From Eledone cirrhosa (taxonomy: Eukaryota), in assembly GCA_964016885.1 (NCBI GenBank), contig OZ024741.1, forward strand, positions 59,830,001-59,894,000: DNA of 64,000 bases. Reading direction: 5' to 3'. Made by a program: the position numbers and the translations under genes. Positions 13,961 to 29,857 of this stretch are shown one piece after another. The notes beneath the pieces were generated by a model. The model saw nothing but the letters and a program-made list of their open reading frames with translations, made no database searches and was not told the DNA's origin. Position 1 is the stretch's first letter. Each line of letters starts with the position of its first letter.

Positions 13961-14489
13961 CCAGGCGCATTTAACACTAAAAAGAAATCACAACACATTA
14001 CGGGTGTATATTAAGGTGTTTCATTTTGCAAAAATCACCACTCATCTCATGACAATTATCTCATTAACTAAAAAATATGCCGAATTATAGATCAATCAAA
14101 TGATATTTAAATGTTGCACTGTTTCACATATTTTTTATTTATGACGATTTGTTGGGCCTTCTGTTAACTTTACTGAATCCAATGAGTAACCTACACAACG
14201 GAAAGAAATTAAACGAAAGTAAGCTGAAGGAATATCTTCTAAATAGACAAAAATATTGAGGTTAAAGAGAAAAATACCTTTTTTGAATGGCATTTATTAC
14301 TGGCCAGACTTCCCTATGTCATCTGGAGAACTTGCTGAAATGATAAGTAACAGACAACTGAAATGGAAATAAGCAAGAGAAAGACGTTTGAATACACACT
14401 TGTATCGAAGTTAAAGAGAGAAACTGTTTATATGAATGAATGTTATAAACGGAAACGTCTTTGTCTAGATCTCTCGACTCACGTGGTGT

Positions 14490-15940
14490 AAGCTTAGATT
14501 GTTCTTTGAACAGAACAATCTTGATTACATATATAGCCGTAGTCACTCAACGGGCTTGGTGGTAATCTACTAAGACAAAGAAGGAGAACTGCGGAGATAG
14601 CCATCCACCAAAATTGTGAAGGCCGAGGTTTATGAATTCGACATAAGCTCCTCGGGGATGATCTCAAGAAAGCAGTAGTCAGTAGATAATTTACCATCTC
14701 CTCCCAATTTTGCTTGTAAAAATCTCATTTTGGCACATCATCGTCCAGGATAGTTTAATAATTGGACTTATTGATGGAGTTCCAGTATACCTGGGACTTT
14801 TTGTACATTGGGATACCGGGATGGGAAACATATCTGAAAGATATTCTTCAAAACCAGTTCAAAAATGTGATGGCGGCAAGCCGGCCACAAGAGGGACTTT
14901 TTCAGAGCTGCTTCAAATTTGCTATCGGCTCCTTGGTGCATGCGGGAGTTACTGGCGGTGGTGTCGAAGGTCATACCAATTATTCTATCCTCACTTTTGA
15001 GGCGTTGAATTTCCTTTAAAATGACTTTAGTGACTTGTGCGGTTCCATCTCTTCTAATCCGAAAACCTAAGCGCTCCTCATTTCTTTAATCCAATCTATG
15101 AATGTACTATATCGGGAAGCCGATGGTAGTGATTCTCTATCCCAATGGCGGAATATCCATGATCTGTCATCAGGTGGGAACGCGGAAAACTCGAATTCCT
15201 GAACCATCTTCTCACAATTAGTGGTTCTTGCTCGATAAACAGTTGAGGGAGGAATTGACAGTTCAAACACATCACGATTAAGACTCTTTGTAATTGCGAA
15301 GTATATGCTTGTCATACCGATAGGGTTTCCCGATCCCACGTGTCCACAAGAGTACCGTCGATATACTGTGCTGAGTTGAAGCTTTCATCATCATCATCAA
15401 CACTAACAGCTGAGCTGGATGACGAACTTTCAAGAGGAAATTTCTTGAACATCTTGATTTTTTATCCTGCTTTATCTGTCTTATTTTTATATCGTGAATC
15501 TTCTTTTCCTTCTTCTCAATGGCTCTCACATGTTTTGCATCAACACTAGCGAGTAGTTAAGATACCTAATCTTCCTTCTGTGTCTCAATGAAAGCACTAT
15601 CTTCAGGTTCGACATCCTTTCGTTCGAGAACGTCCTGGATTGCAAGTTCAAAATCTGAAGTTTTACAATTATTTTGTCAATCAGCTTTGGATTTTCATTT
15701 TTGATACTCCTTATACAATTTCTTGATTGAAGTGGGGATGTTGTTTTCCGCAGGGATATTTGCTTTTATATACACTTCCTAGATCCCCTGGTTAGTGTTT
15801 TTTACGGCAACTGTAATTTTCTCATCGAGTTTTACGTAATGGTCGAGAAGACATGTGAGCACTTGTTCGGAGGTGAGTCGAGTCTGAGGTAACTCTCCCT
15901 CTGGCTTTTTCTCAAGCAGCCAAATGGCCATTTTGGTTTC
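14490..15940 (-). mobile_element. Degenerate DDE transposase with CxxH motif (hAT-related, hATm-like)
   Basis: N-terminal ELPQTRLTSEQVL..KANIP, STVYRAR, first-D region RHWDRESLP, and FDTTASN..LLWPACRHHIFELVL. Subgroup name is from recall. Confidence 0.7.
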
Positions 15941-16649
15941 TATGTTTTTTTTTTTCTGAGAAATATGAAAAGAAAATCAATCAATCAATTTCATTTTAAC
16001 GAGACTTCGCTTCTTACATAGTTTGTACCCATTAAAGCTATGAAAAACAAAAGAGAAAGAAATTATTTCGAAATTTATAACAACGGATGGAACTTGACGA
16101 AAACAAGTGTGTTTACAACTCTAACAAAACCACCACTGAACTAAGAATGCATTGAACCTAAGAACCAACAATTCAATGAACCTTGCATTAGAACCTTATT
16201 GTTAACTCGTTACCTTATTGTTAACGCATTATCAAAAGAAATATGGCAAAGTTCACCTCATGAACGTGATACCAAATACTTCTTCTTTGTACGAACAATG
16301 AAAACAAATCACTGATGTGAAATTATTACTACATAATTAGTTTAAGCTTCATTTCTTTTTCATTTAGTATTCTATAAACGTTAGAAACTTCTGTATGTAC
16401 ACGGACGGAACCAGAGAAAATGCAATTTGGCTACAATTAACAAGTGCTGAAGTATTGTTTTTTCTTCTTCATTTTTTGTTATAGCAGTCCGTGTTAGTGT
16501 TGTCGAGTTTGGGAGGGAGGGTCGTTGTCATTCTGTTTGCAGAATATGGAGTTGGTTTTGCAAAAGACATGATGGGAATTTGGCGTTTGGCTTAGGGTTT
16601 TTCTGAGTGTTTTGTGGACACATTGGAGCAATGACTGTCTTATTCACGT

Positions 16650-17085
<436 letters not shown>

Positions 17086-18232
17086 TATCACACAATAGCT
17101 TAAACCCTTTTTCTCTTCCAACTCCAACCATCAAACGTGCTTCCGATCTAGAAGCTAATTAGAAACCTCTTTTCTGCCTTACTACTTAATGCACACTACA
17201 GTTTCATTCACCTGTAACCATAAATTATCCTTCGCCTCTCTCTCTATATATATTTCTTTCTCTTTCCTTTTACCTACTTCACTACGCCTATTACAGGACT
17301 GCTAATAGTTTCTGATAGTTAACGTCCATAATATTATATATTTCCACGTGAAAAATTAAATAGATTTCTGTCATCTTAATTATCCTAATGGGGTCTACTT
17401 TACCACGCTACCAGATTATCTAAGTCAGATTAAGTCCACTCTTCATATTAATGCTAAAAGGCTGCTTCAAATTTAAAGTAGACCAAAGAAGACAGTCTGA
17501 TTATGTTCGTGTGTTCATGTATAAACCGGCCAATTTAATGACCGCTTGCGTTGAAAAGTGTTTAAAAGAAACGATCAGATGATATTCTTCTACACAGAAA
17601 CTATTCCCATTCGTATATCTTATTCTTTTAATTTGTTATGTCAATAGAATGTGGCCACTCTGGGACACCACCATCAGTTTATCGATCACATCTAACCAAG
17701 CACTTAAAATTTCGTGTCTAATTAAATGTTCATCGTTTAGTTACGGGAACATAAACAGTCTGATACAAGTGTAAACATAGACCCACCCCCACCCCCACCA
17801 TATATATATATGTGTATGTGTGTTATGATCTATGAGATGATGGCTATATATAAACATCGGCCCTATTTCTTTTTGTGGATGTGGGTGAGACTTTGAATGA
17901 ATAGGCAAAACTACTCGTGGTTTTCATGTGCGTATGTGTCTGTGTACGAGTGTGTCTTTATTCATATGTATCTGTGTGTATGTGCGTGTTCGTGACTTTG
18001 TTTTTAATTAGTGTGTTTATAAATGTGTTCCCGTGCGTGTGTTGGTATGGTTGTGTGAGGGCTGGCGTTGCTAACTGGACATTCAAAGTCTTATTTTTGT
18101 CAGGTAATGTGGAATTCATAAACAGGAAGTGAAAACAATGAGCGTTCAGCAGGAGACTGTAGAGTTAGGTAGTATTCGGCATTTGTGATATGCACGACAG
18201 CCTCGTCGAGGGTCAAAACATCTGATTGTAAT

Positions 18233-18339
18233 AATTGTATCTACTTTTGGCACAAGGCCAGCAATAACCCAGTACACTACTGGTACTTTATGTTATCGAC
18301 CCCATAAGGATGAAAGGCAAAGTTAACCTCGGCGGGATA
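18233..18339 (-). mobile_element. 5'-truncated SINE copy
   Basis: Reverse complement of the 11844-11950 core. Confidence 0.9.
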
Positions 18340-20866
18340 ATGATAATAAAGACTGTGTGAATACATGATATTTGGATTCATCATAAACGATAGTTATAAG
18401 AAACTCTCGGGAGAGCTGTACCACAAATGGTCTTCAGAGAAGAAACCCTCACGTGAAAATGTTTCGGCCTTAAATTTCTGACACTCCGTGTTTTACCCAC
18501 TTGAACAGTGGATATATGCTGGAGATGGCTTTTGTTCCTCTTCAACAAAATCCACATGGAACTTTTCTCCGATGCCTCAAGCTGTCAAATTTATATTTAA
18601 ACGCTTATTTCAAATCCTTTGAGTTATATTTACAAATATAGAAATATAATTTTGGTCATGGTAGCTTTGGAACATCAATAATAACTTCGATTATTTCTCT
18701 TGGTGTACATTAATATACAAGCGTATTTCACTTAAACTGTATAGAGATCACTTTCGTTCCTTCCACCAGATCTAGCTGGGACTCATCTCTGCTGCCTCTA
18801 CTATTACCTTAAATGCTTTGATCCTGATTTTCCCAGAGATTCAGAGCATTTTCATGAGATTGTAGGCATATTTGCCAACGAAACCTCTTGATCAAATTTA
18901 TATGTTTACTGTCAAATGGCAGAGTGAGTTCAATCAGAATCAGTTGCTGTCATAGAATGGAATGAAGCCACTCTTGCTGATGAATTTTTTAATGTATATT
19001 CTAGGCTTTGTACATCCAAAAGACTCTACGTCCGTGACTCTACGTCCGTGACTCCGATTCTCATTAATCACCGTATCATTTTGCAGAGTTCCTCAAGAAC
19101 ATTGGGACATTTTTTGCACAACCAGTAGGGTATACTGTTTGACCTGGCTTTCTTGACTCAGCCAGTGCTGGTGGCCTAATCGAGACCCTGGTTTTCAAGT
19201 AGATTTTAACCTTCTTTTTAATAAAACAACTCCACAATTAAGTTCATTTCATATAGACCTATAACTGTATAATATACGTTTTTTTTTTGTACTATCAGAT
19301 CATCCTTCCTCAGGCAGGATGAACTTTTCCCGATTTTACAGAGTAAAACGACAGTCCGGTGATCAAAGACACAGGAGCTCTCGACGGCAACGGCACGAAA
19401 TCCAAGCGGTTATTTAAATACTGGTAATTTGTTTTCTTCCCCTTCCTCTGCACTTCGAGCAGTCATGCTTGAATATGTGGCCAATGGGATCAGATTGTAT
19501 ATTTATAATATATTTAAGTTCTATAGTTTTCTCAGATTGTTACAATTAATAATATTTTATTCATATGACGATTACGATAATTACCAACATATAGTTTTAT
19601 GGCAGATCCTGCTTCCAGCATGTGAGGAAACACCAGCTAAATCTATTTCAGCAGACAGTCTTAGAAATAGAAACACACAAGCAGCATAAAAAGAAAACAG
19701 AAAGTGATAGTCCAGTATATTTTACCGTTATTCTTTAATATGAATTACGTTAAGGTTACTCGTGTCTATGGAATGATCATCCACTTAAATTGTAATTTCA
19801 AGAGCAGGCTCTTCTTTGGAAAAAAATGGCACATTCACACTCGAAACCGACGGAGGTCCAGTCCTTCTCTCTGTTGTTTCATTGTCTCGGCTGATAGGAT
19901 ATTTACTGATGCAAAGAGGATCCTAATTACTGCGAGGAAGGAAGGAGACTAAAAATATCAACTCAACCAATCTAAAAATATAATAAAGACATTGTTGTTG
20001 GGAAAATGCCAAAATCTCACTTGCAAATATAATTTCGAATTTGTTTCGAGCAATCTTACAGATTTCTACATATTTGACACAAGGAGTTAAACGTTTGTTT
20101 TCTATTAATAGATTCGGGTATTTTTGTGTTAATTGAGGAGAAATAAATGTTCTACTTGATATTAGAAGAAAACTCCAAGTAGGTTTTAACGTACATCTTC
20201 TTCGCAATCATTAGCTCACAAGATCGATTCCACAGCTCGTGATATCTTTAGAAAATGTCATTTACCATAGCCACGAGTCGACCTATAAATTTTGACTGAA
20301 ATTGAGTTCAGGAAAACTGTTTAAAAGCTTGTTGGAACGACCGTATCTGTAAATCAAGCTCCCTGTTTTGTCACAATCTGTACTATTTGAATCTCCTTTA
20401 GAATCTTGTTAAGTGTATGCGTGTTTGTTGAGTACTCAGTCACTTAAAATTCAATTCGAGAAGCAGGCTGTTCCGTTTCTTAAATAGCATATATATATAT
20501 ATACATATAATTAACATAACCAAACGATTACGACATTTGCATCGAAGAAAAATTGACATAGAAACATAAACAAAAGCACACAATATTTGACAGGACACGC
20601 ACACACACATGTCAGTCCACAGACGACGTCACCTTCCCATTACTTCCTGCAGCTATAAATAGACCACCGCTTGCAAACAAAGAAAGTAATACGGTGTGCC
20701 TATACAAAAAACACAAAGCCTCAAAGCAGTTTCTTATAATCTTCAGACAAGGAATATTGGGACAGGTAAATATAATAACAGGTGATACACTAATATCTTC
20801 GTTGCCTTCAGTTATATTCCAAAAACTGCCGTCACTTTGCAGCGATTACACTTTAATCTGTTCTTA

Positions 20867-21594
20867 TCTATATATATAAAACTGAGGACGTCTGTCTGTG
20901 TGCGTGTGAGTTTGAATCCCTAAAACTCGAGAACCACCGACTGTTTTCAAACTTTACACATGTAATACTTATGTTTCAGGGAGTGTTCTGAGCAAAAACA
21001 ATTTCAAATTTTCAATGCCCTAGGGACCGCATTAGGCGATTTAGTGATCTCTCTCTATAATTCTTAGTCTTTCTCTTTTTAGGTAGATACATACATATAA
21101 TGTCGCGCCCTTATAATATCTGTCTGTATGTCTGTATGTCTGCATTACGTCACTTCCCTGAGGATGTCTGTGTGTGTGTGTGTGTGTGTGAGTTTGTTTC
21201 CCTAAAACTCGAGAAGTACCCAACCGATTTTTTTCAAACTTTACATGTGTATTACTTATGTTTCAGGGAGTGTTATGCAATAAAAAATCATACATATAAC
21301 GTCGGGCCATTATAATATATGTTTATATGTCTGGCTGTCTGCATTACGTCACTTCTCTGAGGATGTATGTGTGTGCGTGTGTGTGTGTGTGTGTGTGTGA
21401 GTTTGAATCCCTAAAACTTGAGAAGTACCCAACCGATTTTTTTCAAACGTTACATGTGTATTACTTATGTTTCAGGGAGTGTTATGCAATAAAAATCATA
21501 CATATAACGTGGGGCCATTATAATATCTGTTTGTATGTCTGGCTGTCTGCATTACGTCACTTCTCTGAGGATGTCTGCGTGCGCGCGCACGCGT

Positions 21595-21626
<32 letters not shown>

Positions 21627-22224
21627 ATGAGTTTGAATCCCTAAAACTTGAGAAGTACACAACTGATTTTTTTCAAACTTTACATGTGTATTACTTATGT
21701 TTCAGGGAGTATTATACACATAAAATTCAACATTTTGATCTCCTAGGGTGAAATTAGGTGAAACACTGCGTTTTTTTAAGCTTTTTAGGGGGTCTTTGAG
21801 GCGTTACGTCAGACCGATTTACTTGAAATTGTAACTATGTACTTGTCAGTCTCTTCTTCATACCGTGAGCAAAGAAAATCCAACTTTTTTATGGCCTAGG
21901 GCCCGGATTAGATGAAAAACTTCATTTTTTTCAGCGTGTTAGGGCTTTTTGGAGGCGTTACGTCTAGCCGAATGTCCCGAAATTTCAAACCATATTATGC
22001 ACATAAAAACATTAATTTTCTTGATCCCATAGGGCCCGCATTAGGTGAAAACCTGCATTTTTTCTGCTTCATCGAGGAAAATCTTAAAGATTATCCAGCC
22101 ATTAGAGTATTTGGTTTATTTTCTTTACATATTGTCCAGGCATGCAGTTTTTCCACGATTATGTCTGTTGGCGGCCAGCGTTCCAAAATACCTCATCCCG
22201 TGCAACGCCGGATACCACTGTTAG
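20867..22224 (+). mobile_element. Non-autonomous Helitron-like element with internal ~205-bp tandem repeats
   Basis: Starts A|TCTATATATATAAAACTGAGG with GTCT/TG microsatellite. Ends with the subterminal hairpin CCCGTGCAACGCCGG and TTAG|T (degenerate CTAG) at an A/T target. Repeat units start near 21111, 21310 and 21518. Confidence 0.75.
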
Positions 22225-22266
22225 TAATAAATATTTGCTCTACGAGCTTCTATATTTATTTATACA

Positions 22267-22309
<43 letters not shown>

Positions 22310-22321
22310 TAAATATATATA

Positions 22322-22425
22322 TAGCCTGATAGTGGGGTTTATAACCCTCGGAGAAATGGAAAAAGATACGGCAACACTCATCTTTTTCCATTTCTCCGAG
22401 GGTTATAAACCCCACTATCAGGCTA
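22322..22425. repeat. Perfect 46-bp inverted repeat with 12-bp spacer
   Basis: 22322-22367 is the reverse complement of 22380-22425. Confidence 0.9.
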
Positions 22426-23151
22426 GAAATATCTTTAGTCTAAATTACGGTGAAAGATTATAATTTCTAATTTCTAATTTCAACCTCGCGCACCGTTTCA
22501 AAAACATACTTACATGTTTACGTTTATAATTTGCTTGTATATATATATATATCCGCAATCTTTACAGCACGTTTTTACCACCGTCGTAAAAAAAACCTTC
22601 TGGATTATCTCCCTTTTCATTCTCCTTCCTTTTGGTTGCCCGTCTCTCTCTCTCACTTCCTCCTGTCTATACGAGAGGCAGCACGATTATACCAGCTCTG
22701 AGTCGTAGCTGACCACCAGGCTAAAGTCTCCTCGGTTGGTCACATCTTACTTTCCCTATTTCTCCACGGTTACTTTTTTGCATGTTTCTTTCACCTGTGT
22801 CTTCCCACGATGGGATCTGTACACTTTTTTTCTTTCATTCCTTTCTTATTTTCCCCCTCTCCCTCTTTCCTCATCTTTTCCTCCCTATTTTTCCTCCTTT
22901 CCCTCTCTCTTTCCTTTTGTTCTCTCTTTTTTTCTCTCTCCTTTTCCACCTGGCCTTTTGATTAATAAAAGGCCTCGGGCGCACCCGAACTATACCGATG
23001 TCCAGTAATTCAGCGCCGAAACATCGGTTCGGGATAGATTTACAGCTGACGATGGAAACTCCTTTCTTCCTCTCTCCTCCTGTTCCGTCCTAACCACCAT
23101 CCTAAACCTTGTTTTTAGTAACCACACAGCTCCTTTCATTTCATAACTTTT

Positions 23152-23249
<98 letters not shown>

Positions 23250-23316
23250 ATCTATATATATATATATATATTATATATATATCTATATATATGTATATAT
23301 ATATTATATATATATC

Positions 23317-23348
<32 letters not shown>

Positions 23349-23349
23349 C

Positions 23350-23381
<32 letters not shown>

Positions 23382-23476
23382 CTATATATATATATATATA
23401 TTATATATATATCTATATATATATATATATATTATATATATATCTATATCTATATATATATATATATATATCTATA

Positions 23477-23564
<88 letters not shown>

Positions 23565-23566
<2 letters not shown>

Positions 23567-23907
23567 TATGTTTACGTACATACATATATGTATACAGTTG
23601 TACAGTAGTATGTATATATATGCATACATGCACATATATATATATATATGTACGTATGGGTTCACCGAACATTTATTATAATGCTCGGTTTGTTTGTAAA
23701 CAAACAAAAAGCACGAATTAAGCCGTACTGTATTTAGCAACCATCATTGCCCTTTTGTTCAACACTGACAAAGGAACGACGTACTAGTTTCAAGCTTATT
23801 AGCTATCGTCAGCATATATGTATGTACGTATACATACTTCTATTTAAGTAACAGCCTTACTAAGAGTGAGAAATGAAATTTCGTTTCATATTTTCGTTTC
23901 ATTTTTT

Positions 23908-23955
<48 letters not shown>

Positions 23956-24024
23956 ACATATATATATGATGTAATTCCGTTGGAAGGATACAGGAAAAAA
24001 GAGTGCTCTATGTAGGCTACAGAG

Positions 24025-24062
<38 letters not shown>

Positions 24063-24101
24063 CTCTGAATTACTTCATATATATATGTATATATATATAT
24101 A

Positions 24102-24162
<61 letters not shown>

Positions 24163-24295
24163 ACATATATATATGAAGTATATATATAAATATATATATA
24201 TATATGGAAAAAATGAAACGAAAAAATGAAACGAAATTTCATTTCTCACTCTTAGTAAGGCTGTTACTTAAATAGAAGTATGTATACGTACATAC

Positions 24296-24300
<5 letters not shown>
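23565..24300. mobile_element. Rearranged dispersed copy of the 45624-46570 repeat unit
   Basis: 23565-23812 is a minus-strand piece including the HHR; 23815-23910 is a plus-strand piece; 24205-24300 is its reverse complement. The pieces are embedded in (TA)n. Confidence 0.8.
23779..23814 (-). ncRNA. Minimal type I hammerhead (same family as 46343-46383)
   Basis: Minus strand reads ATG CTGACGA TAGCT AATA AGCTT GAAA CTAG TA CGT. Confidence 0.75.
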
Positions 24301-24354
<54 letters not shown>

Positions 24355-24576
24355 ATCCTTATCGAGCCCTCTTCGGATATTTTAGTCGTCATATTGATTA
24401 TTACTATATATTTTGATAATTTGGATGGTATAAGCAATATTTAAAATCGAATGTCACAACAGCACTGCAGATAGCGATTTTTAGACGCATCCAACCACAT
24501 ATTAGCCAATGAAACATGTTAATACTGGGCATAAACTCTACTGTATAGTTTATCCATGTTATTCTTTATTCCTGCT

Positions 24577-24663
24577 AACTTTGCCTTTCATCCTTACGGG
24601 GTCTATAAAATAAAGTACCAGTAATGCACTGGTCAATTGTGGCCTTGTGCCAAAAGTATAAAC
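24577..24663 (+). mobile_element. Truncated SINE copy
   Basis: AACTTTGCCTTTCATCCTTACGGGGTC...GGCCTTGTGCCAAAAGTA. Confidence 0.85.
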
Positions 24664-25527
24664 ATTTATATATATATATATATATATACATAGTGTGTGT
24701 GTGGGTGTGTGTGTGTGTGGTCCTGTTTGCGCTTCTGCCTCTTTCCCCTCTACAAATTACCCCCACACTGAGGGGGTATATATGGCGGCAATTATCCATA
24801 CCACTGCAGTGCACATGGCGTACCATGTATGTGAAGTAAAACCTCATAACCCCACATATTATACAAGCGCACATTCCAATTAAAATAGGCCAAAGTTATA
24901 ATTAATATCATTCATTTTTATAAAGCTAATTATCGGGCTGGCGTTTAATAATTAGAAGGCTATAAACAGGTGAAATTTTCACTGTAGCCATTTTCTGTCA
25001 TATATTGATTTCCCAAGACACTTTATATCGCCTCTTTAAGTGAAGGCAGGTTTCCTGTTAGTTCAGATGTTAGACTCACGATCATAAGAAATGCGTTCAA
25101 TTCTGCCTTCTGTTGTTAAGAAAAATGCTTCATTTACCGTATCTCGTTCAGTCAAGAGTTTCGACAAATAAATTACCTGTGTGCACCTATATTATACAAT
25201 GTTGAAATCAGAAAAATTTGAATTCAGGATGCAGTGAACCGGAACAAATTCCATAAATAATTATTTTTGATACTCTGAATACATTAAATTAAGCAATATT
25301 AAACCATGCCAGCACCTCGAGTGTCATTTTAGAAATATAACTGTAAAGGTCGATATGTATTTCTATGCCATCTAATACACGGATTCTTGATTTATGATGG
25401 AGTTGTAGGAGTTACGTCACGATATACAGCTTCTCATTTTCCATGTCTAGAAACATCCGATGTTTTTTCGGAGTAGAAGATAGAGTGAGTGATAGAAAGT
25501 ACAAATATATAAAAGAAGAGTCGACAT

Positions 25528-25660
25528 CAGTATTGGACCAGTACTTTATTAATCGACATGCGAAGGATGAAAGTCAAAGTTGGCTTCGGCAGGATATGAA
25601 CTGAAAGCTCAGAAACCTTGAATTCTATGCGACATTCTAACGACTCCCAATTGCTCGCCT
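25528..25660 (-). mobile_element. Older, diverged SINE copy
   Basis: GTACTTTATTAATCGAC..GAAGGATGAAAGTCAAAGTTGGCTTCGGCAGGAT resembles the family core. Confidence 0.65.
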
Positions 25661-27024
25661 TTATCGTGTGTGTTTATAAAGAAAATTAAGCAGTAAATTA
25701 TAATATGAGAGGAATTAAATGATTGTTGGTATAGTTATGTTTTCCTTTTCAAAAGAGTATTATAACCTTATAATGCAGATTTTCAATTAACCTTTTTATA
25801 CGGGGCTATCATTTTCTATGTGATTGAAAGAAATAATCAGATGTAAGTTTATAATAGTTTCTTACAACACAATTTTTTTATTCAGACTTCCGAATTTCAG
25901 TAATATTATAACATAGAGACATATATTTAAATGCATATTTCTTATTATCATTTCTATTTTATTTTATATTCATTCCATATTCTTCAATTTATTTTAACAA
26001 AAACAAAAAATACATTTATTTTGTTTTCCGCTAAAACATAATTGAGAATTAAATAGAGATATTGCCATAGAGAAATAAACTCATCTATTATGAATTCATC
26101 TTGACGGAAGCCAGAGAAATTCTTATATTCAAATATTCTAAAAGGTTACTTTATTTGATGCAGAAAAGAAATGTTTAAACAAAGGATAAAGCTGGAACGA
26201 TCTGCTTTAACATTACGAAAATTTTAGATTAAAGATTAAATTATCAGAGACGCCCAGTTGAAAAGTAATAACACAAGCAATTATGTTTATATGGAATATT
26301 TAATATAATAATGTTCAAGTTGTGCAAGAAACCAATAAAAACTTTTAATATATTTCCTTGAAATTAAGTTGTAAGGAGTAACATCATCAACGAAATGTAT
26401 CAACTAAAATTGTCTTTAAGAAAATAATCTCAGTTCAAATTTTTTAAAAGTAAAATATTTGAATATAATTCAAACATTAATCTATCTTTAATTATATTCT
26501 TATTAGTAATAGAAAATTAAATCTGCTCATTTTCAATAATGATTTACATTTCCACTAAATGTGGACACAACATGTAACCCATTTTTTATTTTATAATAAT
26601 GTTAGTGATTTGTTGGAACTGCATTGGTTCCACAGACACGTGTACCATTTACATAATTCTCAGGTAGATTCAGTAGGACATAATATCAGGTGAGGCTAAT
26701 CCTTTGAAATGCATATAACACGTTTTTGCCAGCTGGACCAACTGGACCAACGAGAAGATGTCTTGAAACAACATGCCACTGGGAATCGAATTAACGACCA
26801 TACGATCATGAGTCGAAAACTTTCACCAGACCATGCGTTTTCACAGGTCAACAAAGTATTATATATTCTTAAAAAACAATAGGTACAAATGCTGGGGAAA
26901 AGTGTTGCTTCGAGGATATGATATTTCAAAAAGTACAATATCTGGTTGATGAAAAAGTAAAATATAAATAGACGAGCAGATGTGTAGCTCCCCCCTCGTC
27001 ATATATATGTGTGTATGTGTATGT

Positions 27025-27106
<82 letters not shown>

Positions 27107-27358
27107 TTATATATACCAAAGTATTGCACCAAGAAATATATAGACTTCGGTGAGAAGAAAGAGTAAGAATTTATTGGCTATAATATATTTCTATACCTAT
27201 TATAATAGTCTACATATGCTGAATACTATATATATATATATATATATATACATAGACATTTATATACATTCATATATACTTATATATTTCAGATGTTACA
27301 CTAATATTTTTCTTCAAAGTTCTTTGCTGTTTGCTTTGTTATTTCGGTTTACTTTTTA

Positions 27359-27391
<33 letters not shown>

Positions 27392-27411
27392 GCACACACA
27401 CATACACACAC

Positions 27412-28565
<1,154 letters not shown>

Positions 28566-28584
28566 TGTTGGTGATTAGCTGGTC

Positions 28585-28781
28585 ATTAGCTGGACATGCT
28601 CACCGACATCCAGAGTTGACATTGCACTCAGTGCTCCTGTGGGAGCCCCTACATGGACACACTGGAAGAGGAAGACCAAGGTTAACGTATGTTGATACCC
28701 TAAGGACAGACTGGTCCGTTGATAATGAGGGACAGAGACCGCTGGAGAGAACTCGTCAATGGATCTCGGGAATTTTACCCG

Positions 28782-28784
<3 letters not shown>
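28585..28784 (+). mobile_element. 3' end of the same RTE/RTEX element (non-inverted part)
   Basis: LAGHAHRHPEL..LLWEPLHGHTGRGRPRLTYVDTL; another copy lies at 51800-51980. Confidence 0.85.
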
Positions 28785-28826
<42 letters not shown>

Positions 28827-28941
28827 CATATATGAATGGCTATGGCGTGGAGGTTGGTATTTGTTTGTTTTTCTGAAAATATTTGGTGGACGTATATTGC
28901 ATAGATAGAATTCACGAAGTTACTGATTAAATTATTCCTCC

Positions 28942-29011
<70 letters not shown>

Positions 29012-29107
29012 TTACATATATATATATACATACACATACATATACGTGTTTTGCAACTGGTCACTTTGTGGCTCAATGAAAAATTAATAAATTAAACAAT
29101 CAGAACT

Positions 29108-29857
29108 ATATATCATAAAACATGTCTATAGAATCACAAGATAAAATATATACTATTTCCTCTCCCAATTAGCATAATTAACTATCTAAAAAATCGAATA
29201 GACCATGAAGGAATCTCCGACAAATAACCAAAACTAGCGCTTCGCGTCGGCCGTACACGTATATGTATGTGTATGTATATATATATGTATATATATGTAA
29301 ACTTTTATATGTAATAATCTCCCACTAGGTTGAGATACAAATTTGGCTGTATTGTGCTGTGCTTTCTAGCAAAAATGCCACAAGTCGTAAGCAACTACCA
29401 CACCCTTCCAACTTGACCGCGACTACGTCACGATTTTTAGCCATTTTGAAATGAATTCTTGGCGCGATCGTTTTGGAAAATTTAATGTCTTAGATATGAG
29501 CGAGCTTCCTGAAGAATCCGGCGCTCGAGTTTATATAATTATTACATAATTATTGGAAAACTCAAAACACGGACGAAACCATGGTAGAGGTATTTAAATG
29601 TATTCTATTTTCTCATAGTTTATTTTAAACCTAATTCTGCTTAGTTGACTGTATCTAGGCGATTACGCTGTCGAAATATTCGATAAATATTCCGCTACGG
29701 CCGACGAAAAGCGCTAGTTTTGGTTATTTGTCGGAGATTCCTTCATAGAAGCCTCATTCGTATAGCCTGGTCTATTCGATTTTTTATATAGTTAATTATG
29801 GTAATTGGGAGAGGAAATAGTATATATTTTATCTTGTGATTCTATAGACATGTTTTA

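Noticed and set aside
18400-19420. Decayed coding-like sequence, possibly an old LINE 5' region (also 59460-60200)
   Set aside because: No diagnostic motif could be read confidently; needs BLASTX against a transposon protein library.
21111-21720. Regularly spaced repeats suggesting a CRISPR array
   Set aside because: Units are ~205-bp full tandem copies without unique spacers, in eukaryotic repeat context with no cas genes.
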